Under the pieces are notes generated by a model. That model saw nothing but the letters and a program-made list of their open reading frames with translations, was not told where the DNA came from and did no database searches. Shown piece after piece: positions 1 through 14,500 of a DNA stretch of 64,000 bases; position 1 is the first letter of the stretch; each line of letters opens with the position of its first letter. The stretch is from Pecten maximus. Taxonomy: Eukaryota. The DNA lies in the NCBI RefSeq assembly GCF_902652985.1, contig NC_047024.1:29140001-29204000 (forward strand), read 5' to 3'. The translations under genes and the position numbers were made by a program.

Positions 1-1626
1 CTCCAACACGCTTTCTATATTTCTCTTAAGTGCCTCTATCCTCTTACCTGTGACATAGACTTTGCCCTCTTCCATGTTCCAACAAAATCCTAACCAAATA
101 AGTCTATTCTGAGGTTCCCAGTTACATTTCTCTTGTGCTATCAAAAAACCCAAATCTAATAAATCTTTCTGTATTTCTAAGCTGAATGTTTCTGCTTTTT
201 TCTGTTCATTTGCACCTCCAATACCATCATCCAAAAACATTATGATATTTTCTCCCTTTGATCTCCAATACTTTACTAACGATCTAGTTACCTTTGTAAA
301 TACATATCCTGCTGTGGATATTCCAAAAGGGAGAACATTGAAAACAAAATATCGACGACCGGTTTCAAATTCCCAAGCCAAACCTAAATATGACCTGTGT
401 TGTTCAAAAATCTCTATGTGATGGTAAGCGGATTTCAGGTCAAATCCAAAGATCTTATCCCCTTTTTTCAAAATATCCTTCGCTACCTCCTCTCCCTCGT
501 ACTTAAACTTGTTTTTGAACAAATGTGGATTTATGTGTCTGCAATCTAGTACTAACCTCAGTTTTTCTTTATTGTCTGCAACTGTCAAAGGATTAACAAC
601 AAAAGGTTTTTCTTTCACCTCTGAAATACACCCCTTCTCCATCAACTTACCTATTTCTTCTTCTACAAACTCTCTGTGATCTCTTGCCGACTTATTATTT
701 GTTAAATCGACCCTCCCTGGCATTGTGAAAAAGGGTATCTTGTAACCATAATCTATTATTTCTAATACTGACTCACTAGCACCTATCTCGAGCCATTTAT
801 CTCTAGCCTTCCTTAGCCTTCCTACTGTGGTCAAAACATTAGATTTCGAATCGAACTCACCTTTGTTTACATTTTTCTCGCAGTCATGACTCTCATCAAC
901 AAACAAATTAAGCTGAATACTTAGCTTTTCATTTCTTTCCTCTGGTCTGCCTTGTGCCTCCTGACATTCATATCTCCAGTGTCCCGGTTTGCCACATCTG
1001 AAACAAGTTCCTGGCTTCCTGTTGAACATTCTCTGGCTCCTCGTGTTGTCCGACGTGGCCGGCGGCATGGTCATGGTCTGCTGAACCTCCGGAATGTAAG
1101 GGTGCGTTCGCTTGTAGCCCCTGTATGATGACGTCCTCCTTGACATTTTGAATTTTCTTTGAGCTCTACTTTCGGCTTTCCACATTTTTTTCTCATCGTC
1201 CGAATTATCCGCTATGGAATTAGTCTCATATTCTGATACAGTTCTCCACCCCAACTCCGAACTATCGGCCAATTTTATGAGTTTTTGACGACGCTCCAGA
1301 ATGCTCATACCTTCAGATATCTTTTCTAGGGCTTGTTCGGTTGAGTTATCCTTCACGGCAACCTCCGCTTCTCTAATTTTTTGTCCAATTTTGGCATTCA
1401 CTTTGAACTGTTCCTCATTTCCTTTTTTGTTGAATTTGTAAGCATCCGCTGTCAAAAGCTCAAGTTTTGAAACCTGAACTTCACCGAGAGCCTTCTGACT
1501 CTCATGCATTTCCTGCTGGAAATTATCAAGTTTGGAAGACATCAGGTCCCCTAATCTGCTTAAAATGGTGTTTTGGGACTCCTTGACTGAATTTTCAACT
1601 AAAGCGTTAATGTCTCTAGGGTCCAT
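1..1626 (-). CDS. Gag-RT polyprotein of a DIRS/Ngaro-type (tyrosine-recombinase) retrotransposon, 3'-partial
   Basis: Hand translation from ATG at 1626 (MDPRDINALVENSVKES...) stays open to position 1. It is absent from the ORF track because the stop lies outside the window. Motifs: gag-like KKGNEEQFK and RRQKLIKLADSSELGW, CCHC knuckle CFRCGKPGHWRYEC, then RT motifs KLRLVLDCRHIN, FDLKSAYHHI, FNVLPFG, MFLDDG, IWLGFCWN. No protease lies between gag and RT. Confidence 0.9.
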   Translation of the reverse strand, partial: MDPRDINALVENSVKESQNTILSRLGDLMSSKLDNFQQEMHESQKALGEVQVSKLELLTADAYKFNKKGNEEQFKVNAKIGQKIREAEVAVKDNSTEQALEKISEGMSILERRQKLIKLADSSELGWRTVSEYETNSIADNSDDEKKMWKAESRAQRKFKMSRRTSSYRGYKRTHPYIPEVQQTMTMPPATSDNTRSQRMFNRKPGTCFRCGKPGHWRYECQEAQGRPEERNEKLSIQLNLFVDESHDCEKNVNKGEFDSKSNVLTTVGRLRKARDKWLEIGASESVLEIIDYGYKIPFFTMPGRVDLTNNKSARDHREFVEEEIGKLMEKGCISEVKEKPFVVNPLTVADNKEKLRLVLDCRHINPHLFKNKFKYEGEEVAKDILKKGDKIFGFDLKSAYHHIEIFEQHRSYLGLAWEFETGRRYFVFNVLPFGISTAGYVFTKVTRSLVKYWRSKGENIIMFLDDGIGGANEQKKAETFSLEIQKDLLDLGFLIAQEKCNWEPQNRLIWLGFCWNMEEGKVYVTGKRIEALKRNIESVLE

Positions 1627-1835
1627 CTTCGAACTAGTACTAGAACGGTGTACTGCCATGCGGGTCTCTGGCTAGAATGACTATCTCACCTGTATTCTCA
1701 CCTGTACTCTCCTAGACACGTGTACCCTCACGCAAAACTCGTGCACCTCGCTCCTATCCATGAATATTCATAACTACTAAATACGAAACCCTCAGACATA
1801 TATTTCCTGCTATACTACGTAACGCAGGAAAGTGA
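1..1835 (-). mobile_element. 5' part of DIRS/Ngaro-like retroelement including leader and putative terminal hairpin
   Basis: Gag-RT ORF plus a ~200-bp leader that ends in the inverted repeat TTTCCTGC-N13-GCAGGAAA (1803-1831). The exact boundary is inferred. Confidence 0.7.
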
Positions 1836-1842
1836 CATTCCT

Positions 1843-2620
1843 TGGTACCGTTTCACAACGCTTCGTAGTTTACGAATTTTTGTTAATATTTACGAAAAAT
1901 TTTCGCAAAACTTTCCAAGTTCGTAAGTCCTTTTCACAAAGGTGTTCGTTACTTTTTTTCGTATCTTACGTCAAAATCGTACAATTTTCTTGTAAAAAAA
2001 TACCGCTCTCTAAAGTGCAGGTAAAACAAAATGACATTTTTCGAAATGTGTACGCTGGTTCTGTACCAGTGTCCCATAACCAATAAACTTTATTTTGTTC
2101 TATCCAAACAAACTTGTTTTTGAGAAAAAAATCAAACTTTCTCTAAAAATTATAATTGAATATTGTTTATCATGCGGTGAACCAAATGGTAACGCAATTT
2201 TAACAGGTTTTGCTCACTGCATACAGATGTACGTAATGATCTTAGAATAGTTTGAATGCTTGCGTAGTGTACGAATATACGTACAATAAGGTGAATGACA
2301 ATGAGTAGCTTGCTAGCGCCCTCCTTGATATTCAAAATTTAGTTTCTATCTCGAAACAATCGCTCACAGGGCATGGTCGCTCTCTTGTGATTATTTATAA
2401 CTGAGTACGATGTCATTTTCTACTCAAAAGAGCATGCTTGCGTTCTATGTTAAATTGTTTTCGTAAGTTACGGCAGGGTGGATTTGGCGTAAGTTTCCGC
2501 AAGGTGTTTAAACGTAAGTTATGTTCGTAAGGTACGGAAATTTGTGAAACGCTGAGTAAGTCTGACTAACGCAAAAGTTATGAAAATCTGTAAGTTACGA
2601 AGTTTTGTGAAATGATATCA
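1843..2620. mobile_element. Non-autonomous TIR element (MITE-like), degenerate
   Basis: Imperfect ~38-bp TIRs: left TGGTACCGTTTCACAACGCTTCGTAGTTTACGAATTTT versus reverse complement of the right end TGATATCATTTCACAAAACTTCGTAACTTACAGATTTT. Sub-terminal TTTCACAA/CGTAAG echoes near 1931 and 2526-2552. No coding capacity. Confidence 0.6.
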
Positions 2621-3965
2621 AGATTAAGATTGAGGCAATGGGAGACTGTGATGCAAAAATGTAAATGTATTATAACGAATACACAACAAGTCGATCAGAG
2701 AACAACGGGTAACAAACGCCTTAGCGGGTATTACTCTCAAGAAATTACGGCAGCCTTTCCATCGGCAAATTATTCTTGCTTAATTCACGAGTAGTACCAA
2801 ACTTTTGATTGATGAATTATTTTTTTTATTGTACGGTAGCTGGTAACTGAACGGACACCATATAAAAAAAATAATAACACATCTTAAATACATTATATGT
2901 ATAATATATAGTATTACGTATCACAATTTTCAAAGTTTATTACCAAAATATACATTCTATAACGCAAAAGGAAATTAAAGAATTGATTTTTTTTACAACT
3001 TTGCAGGAAAAAATTGCGTACTGCACTATATCGTTTTTGCGTTTTATATTAATTCAGCTTTTACTATGATTCAACCAATTCTATAAAGCGACAATTTTAC
3101 TTTACATTGCAATTTATTTCATATTAATCCTGTAATAAGAGACTAATTTGTAACTCCCTGATGTGTTTTTTTAATTCGTGTAGGTATTACGAGACCACTT
3201 AAAATTTTCCATTTTTTAATTTAATTTCATAACGTAAAAAAAACAAACACATGTTTAATATTTTTCATTTATTCTGGTCATGACTAAAAATATCAATTTT
3301 TTTATTACAGCAATTTGCTACACAATGTACTGTAAGATGGAATTGTATATCACTGCCTAAAGGCTGACAGAGCAACACGACCCATACCAACACAACACCA
3401 TCTGAATCCTTTTTAGAGCAAGGACGCGCTAAACTACTGAAATCCACAGAGTTCACTGTTACCCTGGAAACAGATATATTTGATATCATACCTATAAAAC
3501 TTGAAACCTTTTGGTAATCAAGGTTAGGTAGCCTGACGTCAAACTGTCAAAGAAACAGCAATAAAAAAATATATAATCTGGAAATGAATTATCGTTATAG
3601 CCGAAGTATACATTCTGTATGACCCTAATTTTTAGGTTCTAGCTGCGTCGACTGAAACGTGGTTATATATATTTATAGAAAAGGTAGAATACAAAGGAAG
3701 GGAGGTAACTCTAACTGTACCCTTTTTTATTTATTACGCCACAGTTCAATTCTTCATTCTATAGGTATTGCTTGCAAAAATACTTTAATGGGTCAAGAGA
3801 TCTTCTTTGTCCAGACATTACACATACTTGAGTTTAAGTTTCAAACACACTATGTGTGTTAACATTTCACTTATATAAAGGAGTCTAAAATATTAGCAGA
3901 AACCATCTGGTCCATAAATAAATTTTAAAAAAAGGCCGTAAGGATTACTTATTTGAGCGACCGTG

Positions 3966-4050
3966 CATCTGTACCACGAAACATCATATAAATGTATTGA
4001 GAGACCACTTGTACCATGATGCATTATGCATACTGTGGAGACCACCGGTA
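3966..4050. repeat. Two degenerate orphan monomers of the 40-bp satellite
   Basis: CATCTGTACCACGAAACATCATATAAATGTATTGAGAGACCACTTGTACCATG matches the array consensus and lies 1.5 kb left of the array. Confidence 0.8.
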
Positions 4051-5348
4051 TATATTTACATTTTCACTACGCTCCGCCTTAATGAACATAGTAAACTCAG
4101 ATCACTTCATTTCCCGTTGAAGATTTTGGGTCGCGTGCTTCTGTTCAGAGAGACGAATCACTTTCTTGCGGCGTGTGAATACATTCACTGAATTTACAAT
4201 GGCGATCGAGTTCTGAACCGCCTCAGACTTGAATGCACTTTCATTTTGTGAATTGTGTAACATTGTTATAAACGTATATAAACACAAGTGGAATAGTGTG
4301 CTAATAAAAATGCCAATATAATGCAGACAGTTTAGAAAACAGGATCTGACAGAACACTGACACTCCCGATAGCACCGAGCTCGTAGCTCTGGACGACGGA
4401 CGGAACGTAACGCAGTAGGTCTAACGTTAGCTGTATCTCGAATGCCATGCTTGATACCATTTTAGTGTTCACAGAAAATAAACCTCAATTTTAACACTAT
4501 TTAACAACACAAAACAGACTGGTATCAGCAGTATGCTATATCGAGCACAGGGACACATTATTGTCGTAATTTGACTCAATCTAAACATATGGAGGACACA
4601 AGTTTCCAGCTGTCGAATACCGCGATTTTCAAATCATTGTTTCTTTACTTACATGTACTACATGTATTATCAGAATATGCATCCCTAAACGCCAGTACGA
4701 CAATGAAATCCAATATTTCTAAAGCACAATGTACATCATCAGCTAACCTGCGACTAAAATCCACTTGTTACACTTTTTCTGGAATTCTGAATACCCCAGC
4801 TATTAGACTTCATCACATACGGTCACAGGGGTTCGGCGTTAAATTTTGAGTAACATATGACATCTATAAATAACCGAAAGACTAAAAATCCAACATTCAA
4901 TCAAATTATCAAACCTTACAAAATCCTTTTTTTTCGAGGTTTTAGAGAGAATATAAACTCTGTCGTCACGTTAACCTTGTGCTCATTTTTTTAACCGAGT
5001 CCCTGTGTCTCGAGTGACCAAATCACACATACTTTACTGTCAACACTGCACTTTAACTTCATATTTATATGGGTATTGCTAAGTTTTTATTATTCAATAT
5101 CATAAAAAATTGTTATAAATGATTTTACCTTGGAAATATCGTATTTATGTTTATCAACATCGTAATAATCAAAACGTGTATGGGACTATATTTTGTGTTG
5201 CCTTGGCGACGAGAATAGCTGACTGTCTGCTGTTCCACTACTGTGTACGATAAGTATAACATTGTTACAAAATGACATCCTTACGTCACACCGTTGTGAC
5301 AGATTTTGCAATCTGTTGGCGAAGTTTTTAATTTGGTTAACGTAAATA

Positions 5349-5521
5349 TAAGGATTGATTGTCAATTTTGTTGCATGCATGGACTGATGAAGGGAAGTGA
5401 AATTCGAGCAAATGGTAAATGAACTGCTTCGCAGTTCACTTCATTTGCACGGTACTATTTGCTCGAGGTTCACTTCCCTTCATCAGTCCATGCATGCAAC
5501 AAAATTGACAATCAATCCTTA
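5349..5521. mobile_element. 173-bp palindromic (hairpin) element
   Basis: About 53-bp perfect arms TAAGGATTGATTGTCAATTTTGTTGCATGCATGGACTGATGAAGGGAAGTGAA and its reverse complement. A further TCGAGCAAAT/ATTTGCTCGA stem and an inner hairpin GAACTGC-TTC-GCAGTTC. Confidence 0.85.
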
Positions 5522-5527
5522 ACAAAA

Positions 5528-8500
5528 GACATGATGTACATCTACTGAGAGATCACCTGTACCGCAAGTCATCGTGTACATATGATTAGAGACCCTGTAG
5601 CACGAGACATCATGTATAGGTATTGAGATAACACCTATACCACGTGACATCATGTATATGTATCAAGACATCACCTGTACCACTTGACATCATGTACCTG
5701 TATATGTATTGAGCGATCATCTGTACCACGTGACATCATGTATATGTATTGAGCGATCATCTGTACCACGTGACATCATGTATATGTATTGAGCGATCAT
5801 CTGTACCACGTGACATCATGTATATCTACTGAGAGATCACCTGTACCACGTGACATCATGTATATCTACTGAGAGATCACCTGTACCACGTGACATCATG
5901 TATAGGTATTGAGAGATCATCTGTACCACGTGACATCATGTATATCCACTGAGAGATCACCTGTACCACGTGACATCATGTATATGTATTGAGCGATCAT
6001 CTGTACCACGTGACATCATGTATATCTACTGAGAGAACACCTGTACCACGTGACATCATGTATATCTACTGAGAGATCACCTGTACCACGTGACATCATG
6101 TATATGTATTGAGCGATCATCTGTACCACGTGACATCATGTATATCTACTGAGAGATCACCTGTACCACGTGACATCATGTATATCTACTGAGAGATCAC
6201 CTGTACCACGTGACATCATGTATATGTATTGAGAGATCACCTGTACCACGTGACATCATGTACATTTGTAGATGTATTTAGAGATCACCTGTACCACGTG
6301 ACATCATGTAGATGTATTGAGATACCACCTGTACCACGTAACATCATGTATATGTATTTAGAGATCATTTGTACCACGTGACATCATGAATATGTATTAA
6401 GACATCACCTACCACGAGACATCATGTAGATGTATTGAGAGATCACCTGTACCACGTGACATCATGTAGATGTATTGAGAGGTCACCTGTACCACGTGAC
6501 ATCGTGTAGATGTATTTAGAGATCACCTGTCTCACGAGACATCATGTATATGTATGAAAAGATCACATGTACCACGTGACATCATGTATATGTATTGAGA
6601 GATCAACTGTACCACGAGACATCATGTATATGTACTGAGAGATCACCTGTACCACGTGACATCATGTATATGTACTGAGAGATCACCTGTACCACGTGAT
6701 ATCATGTATAGGAATTGAGATAACACCTGTACCACGTGACATTATGTATATGTATTGAGAGATCACTTGTACCACGTGACATCATGTATATATATATTGA
6801 GAGATCACCTGTACCAAATGACATCATGTATATGTATTGAGATATCACCTGTACCACGTGACATCATGTAGATGCATTGAGATACCACATGTACCACGAG
6901 ACATCGTGTATAGGTATTGAGATAACACCTGTACCACGATACATCATGTAGATGTACTGAGAATTCACCTGTACCACGTGACATCATGTATATATATTGA
7001 GAGATCATCTGTACCACGTGACATCATGAATATGTATTAAGACATCACCTACCACGAGACATCATGTAGATGTATTGAGAGATCACCTGTACCACGTGAC
7101 ATCATGTAGATGTATTGAGAGATCACCTGTACCACGTGACATCATGTAGATGTATTTAGAGATCACCTGTACCACGAGACATCATGTATATGTATGAAAA
7201 GATCAACTGTACCACGTGACATCATGTATATGTATTGAGAGATCAACTGTACCACGAGACATCATGTATATATATGAAAAGATCACCTGTACCACGAGAC
7301 ATCATGTATATGTACTGAGAGATCACCTGTACCACGTGATATCATGTATAGGAATTGAGATAACACCTGTACCACGTGGCATCATGTAGATGTATTGAGA
7401 GATCACTTGTACCACGTACCATCATGTATATATATATTGAGAGATCACCTGTACCAAATGACATCATGTATATGTATTGAGATATCACCTGTACCACGTG
7501 ACATCATGTAGATGCATTGAGATACCACCTGTACCACGAGACATCGTGTATAGGTATTGAGATAACACCTGTACCACGAGACATCATGTAGATGTACTGA
7601 GAATTCACATGTACCACGTGACATCATGTACATTTGTAGATGTATTTAGAGATCACCTGTACCACGTGGCATTATGTAGATGTATTGAGATAACACCTGT
7701 ACCACGTAACATCATGTATATGTATTTAGAGATCATCTGTACCACGTGACATCATGTAGATGTATTGAGAGATCATCTGTACCACGTGACATCATGTATA
7801 TGTATTAAGACATCACCTACCACGAGACATCATGTAGATGTATTGAGAGATCACTTGTACCACGTGACATCATGTAGATGTATTGAGAGGTCACCTGTAC
7901 CACGTGACATCATGTAGATGTATTTAGAGATCACCTGTACCACGAGACATCATGTATATGTATGAAAAGATCACCTGTACCACGTGACATCATGTATATG
8001 TATTGAGAGATCAACTGTACCACGAGACATCATGTATATGTACTGAGAGATCACCTGTACCACGTGACATCATGTATATGTACTGAGAGATCACCTGTAC
8101 CACGTGATATCATGTATAGGAATTGAGATAACACCTGTACCACGTGACATCATGTATATGTATTGAGAGATCACTTGTACCACGTGACATAATGTATATA
8201 TATATTGAGAGATCACCTGTACCAAATGATATCATGTATATGTATTGAGATATCACCTGTACCACGTGACATCATGTAGATGCATTGAGATACCACATGT
8301 ACCACGAGACATCGTGTATAGGTATTGAGATAACACCTGTACCACGAGACATCATGTAGATGTACTGAGAATTCACCTGTACCACGTGACATGTGTATAT
8401 ATATATTGAGAGATCATCTGTACCACGTGCCATCATGTATATGTATTGAGCGATCATCTGTACCACGTGACATCATGTATATCTACTGAGAGATCACCTG

Positions 8501-11500
8501 TACCACGTGACATCATGTATATCTACTGAGAGATCACCTGTACCACGTGACATCATGTATAGGTATTGAGAGATCATCTGTACCACGTGATATCATGTAT
8601 ATGTATTGAGAGATCACCTGTACCACGTGATATCATGTATATGTACTGAGAGATCACCTGTACCACGTGATATCATGTATAGGAATTGAGATAACACCTG
8701 TACCACGTGACATTATGTATATGTATTGAGAGATCACTTGTACCACGTGACATCATGTATATATATATTGAGAGATCACCTGTACCAAATGACATCATGT
8801 ATATGTATTGAGATATCACCTGTACCACGTGAAATCATGTAGATGCATTGAGATACCACATGTACCACGAGACATCGTGTATAGGTATTGAGATAACACC
8901 TGTACCACGATACATCATGTAGATGTACTGAGAATTCACCTGTACCACGTGACATCATGTATATATATTGAGAGATCATCTGTACCACGTGACATCATGA
9001 ATATGTATTAAGACATCACCTACCACGAGACATCATGTAGATGTATTGAGAGATCACCTGTACCACGTGACATCATGTAGATGTATTGAGAGATCACCTG
9101 TACCACGTGACATCATGTAGATGTATTTAGAGATCACCTGTACCACGAGACATCATGTATATGTATGAAAAGATCAACTGTACCACGTGACATCATGTAT
9201 ATGTATTGAGAGATCAACTGTACCACGAGACATCATGTATATATATGAAAAGATCACCTGTACCACGAGACATCATGTATATGTACTGAGAGATCACCTG
9301 TACCACGTGATATCATGTATAGGAATTGAGATAACACCTGTACCACGTGACATCATGTAGATGTATTGAGAGATCACTTGTACCACGTACCATCATGTAT
9401 ATATATATTGAGAGATCACCTGTACCAAATGACATCATGTATATGTATTGAGATATCACCTGTACCACGTGACATCATGTAGATGCATTGAGATACCACC
9501 TGTACCACGAGACATCGTGTATAGGTATTGAGATAACACCTGTACCACGAGACATCATGTAGATGTACTGAGAATTCACATGTACCACGTGACATCATGT
9601 ACATTTGTAGATGTATTTAGAGATCACCTGTACCACGTGGCATTATGTAGATGTATTGAGATAACACCTGTACCACGTAACATCATGTATATGTATTTAG
9701 AGATCATGTGTACCACGTGACATCATGTAGATGTATTGAGAGATCATCTGTACCACGTGACATCATGTATATGTATTAAGACATCACCTACCACGTGACA
9801 TCATGTATATGTATTGAGAGATCAACTGTACCACGAGACATCATGTATATGTACTGAGAGATCACCTGTACCACGTGACATCATGTATATGTACTGAGAG
9901 ATCACCTGTACCACGTGATATCATGTATAGGAATTGAGATAACACCTGTACCACGTGACATCATGTATATGTATTGAGAGATCACTTGTACCACGTGACA
10001 TAATGTATATATATATTGAGAGATCACCTGTACCAAATGATATCATGTATATGTATTGAGATATCACCTGTACCACGTGACATCATGTAGATGCATTGAG
10101 ATACCACATGTACCACGAGACATCGTGTATAGGTATTGAGATAACACCTGTACCACGAGACATCATGTAGATGTACTGAGAATTCACCTGTACCACGTGA
10201 CATCGTGTATATATATATTGAGAGATCATCTGTACCACGTGCCATCATGTATATGTATTGAGCGATCATCTGTACCACGTGACATCATGTATATCTACTG
10301 AGAGATCACCTGTACCACGTGACATCATGTATATCTACTGAGAGATCACCTGTACCACGTGACATCATGTATAGGTATTGAGAGATCATCTGTACCACGT
10401 GATATCATGTATATGTATTGAGAGATCACCTGTACCACGTGATATCATGTATATGTACTGAGAGATCACCTGTACCACGTGATATCATGTATAGGAATTG
10501 AGATAACACCTGTACCACGTGACATTATGTATATGTATTGAGAGATCACTTGTACCACGTGACATCATGTATATATATATTGAGAGATCACCTGTACCAA
10601 ATGACATCATGTATATGTATTGAGATATCACCTGTACCACGTGAAATCATGTAGATGCATTGAGATACCACATGTACCACGAGACATCGTGTATAGGTAT
10701 TGAGATAACACCTGTACCACGATACATCATGTAGATGTACTGAGAATTCACCTGTACCACGTGACATCATGTATATATATTGAGAGATCATCTGTACCAC
10801 GTGACATCATGAATATGTATTAAGACATCACCTACCACGAGACATCATGTAGATGTATTGAGAGATCACCTGTACCACGTGACATCATGTAGATGTATTG
10901 AGAGATCACCTGTACCACGTGACATCATGTAGATGTATTTAGAGATCACCTGTACCACGAGACATCATGTATATGTATGAAAAGATCAACTGTACCACGT
11001 GACATCATGTATATGTATTGAGAGATCAACTGTACCACGAGACATCATGTATATATATGAAAAGATCACCTGTACCACGAGACATCATGTATATGTACTG
11101 AGAGATCACCTGTACCACGTGATATCATGTATAGGAATTGAGATAACACCTGTACCACGTAACATCATGTAGATGTATTGAGAGATCACTTGTACCACGT
11201 ACCATCATGTATATATATATTGAGAGATCACCTGTACCAAATGACATCATGTATATGTATTGAGATATCACCTGTACCACGTGACATCATGTAGATGCAT
11301 TGAGATACCACCTGTACCACGAGACATCGTGTATAGGTATTGAGATAACACCTGTACCACGAGACATCATGTAGATGTACTGAGAATTCACATGTACCAC
11401 GTGACATCATGTACATTTGTAGATGTATTTAGAGATCACCTGTACCACGTGGCATTATGTAGATGTATTGAGATAACACCTGTACCACGTAACATCATGT

Positions 11501-14500
11501 ATATGTATTTAGAGATCATGTGTACCACGTGACATCATGTAGATGTATTGAGAGATCATCTGTACCACGTGACATCATGAATATGTATTAAGACATCACC
11601 TACCACGAGACATCATGTAGATGTATTGAGAGATCACTTGTACCACGTGACATCATGTAGATGTATTGAGAGGTCACCTGTACCACGTGACATCATGTAG
11701 ATGTATTTAGAGATCACCTGTACCACGAGACATCATGTATATGTATGAAAAGATCACCTGTACCACGTGACATCATGTATATGTATTGAGAGATCAACTG
11801 TACCACGAGACATCATGTATATGTACTGAGAGATCACCTGTACCACGTGACATCATGTATATGTACTGAGAGATCACCTGTACCACGTGATATCATGTAT
11901 AGGAATTGAGATAACACCTGTACCACGTGACATCATGTATATGTATTGAGAGATCACTTGTACCACGTGACATAATGTATATATATATTGAGAGATCACC
12001 TGTACCAAATGATATCATGTATATGTATTGAGATATCACCTGTACCACGTGACATCATGTAGATGCATTGAGATACCACATGTACCACGAGACATCGTGT
12101 ATAGGTATTGAGATAACACCTGTACCACGAGACATCATGTAGATGTACTGAGAATTCACCTGTACCACGTGACATCGTGTATATATATATTGAGAGATCA
12201 TCTGTACCACGTGCCATCATGTATATGTATTGAGCGATCATCTGTACCACGTGACATCATGTATATCTACTGAGAGATCACCTGTACCACGTGACATCAT
12301 GTATATCTACTGAGAGGTCACCTGTACCACGTGACATCATGTATAGGTATTGAGAGATCATCTGTACCACGTGACATCATGTATATCTACTGAGAGATCA
12401 CCTGTACCACGTGACATCATGTATATGTATTGAGCGATCATCTGTACCACGTGACATCATGTATATCTACTGAGAGATCACTTGTACCACGTGACATCAT
12501 GTATATATATATTGAGAGATCACCTGTACCAAATGACATCATGTATATGTATTGAGATATCACCTGTACCACGTGACATCATGTAGATGCATTGAGATAC
12601 CACCTGTACCACGAGACATCGTGTATAGGTATTGAGATAACACCTGTACCACGAGACATCATGTAGATGTACTGAGAATTCACATGTACCACGTGACATC
12701 ATGTACATTTGTAGATGTATTTAGAGATCACCTGTACCACGTGGCATCATGTATATGTATTGAGAGATCAACTGTACCACGAGACATCATGTATATATAT
12801 GAAAAGATCACCTGTACCACGAGACATCATGTATATGTACTGAGAGATCACCTGTACCACGTGATATCATGTATAGGAATTGAGATAACACCTGTACCAC
12901 GTGACATCATGTAGATGTATTGAGAGATCACTTGTACCACGTGCCATCATGTATATATATATTGAGAGATCACCTGTACCAAATGACATCATGTATATGT
13001 ATTGAGATATCACCTGTACCACGTGACATCATGTAGATGCATTGAGATACCACCTGTACCACGAGACATCGTGTATAGGTATTGAGATAACACCTGTACC
13101 ACGAGACATCATGTAGATGTACTGAGAATTCACATGTACCACGTGACATCATGTACATTTGTAGATGTATTTAGAGATCACCTGTACCACGTGGCATTAT
13201 GTAGATGTATTGAGATAACACCTGTATCACGTAACATCATGTATATGTATTTAGAGATCATCTGTACCACGTGACATCATGTAGATGTATTGAGAGATCA
13301 TCTGTACCACGTGACATCATGAATATGTATTAAGACATCACCTACCACGAGACATCATGTAGATGTATTGAGAGATCACTTGTACCACGTGACATCATGT
13401 AGATGTATTGAGAGGTCACCTGTACCACGTGACATCATGTAGATGTATTTAGAGATCACCTGTACCACGAGACATCATGTATATGTATGAAAAGATCACC
13501 TGTACCACGTGACATCATGTATATGTATTGAGAGATCAACTGTACCACGAGACATCATGTATATGTACTGAGAGATCACCTGTACCACGTGACATCATGT
13601 ATATGTACTGAAAGATCACCTGTACCACGTGATATCATGTATAGGAATTGAGATAACACCTGTACCACGTGACATCATGTATATGTATTGAGAGATCACT
13701 TGTACCACGTGACATAATGTATATATATATTGAGAGATCACCTGTACCAAATGATATCATGTATATGTATTGAGATATCACCTGTACCACGTGACATCAT
13801 GTAGATGCATTGAGATACCACATGTACCACGAGACATCGTGTATAGGTATTGAGATAACACCTGTACACGAGACATCATGTAGATGTACTGAGAATTCAC
13901 CTGTACCACGTGGACATCAGTGTATATATATATTGCGAGATCATCTGTACCACGTGACATCATGTATATGTATTAGAGCGATCACCTGTACCACGAGACA
14001 TCATGTATATCTATTGAGAGATCACCTGTACCACGTGACATCATGATATGTACTTGAGAGATCACCTGTACCACGTGACATCATGTATATGTATTTGAGA
14101 GATTCATCCTGTACCACGATGACATCATGTATATGTACTGAGAGATCACCTGTACCACGTGACATCATGTATATGTATTGAGAGATCATCTGTACACGTA
14201 GACATCATGTATATATATGAAAGATCACCCTGTACCACGAGACATCATGTATATGTATACTGGAGTGAGATCACCTGTACCACGTGGATATCATGTATAG
14301 GAAATTGAGATAACACCGTGTACCACGTGACATTATGTAATATGATTGAAGAGATCAACCTTGTACCCAACGTGACATCATGTATATATATTGAGAGATA
14401 ACACATGTACCAAATGAACATCAGTGTATGTAGATGTATTGAGAGGTCACCTGTACCACGTGACATCATGTAGATGTATTTAGAGATCACCTGTACCACG

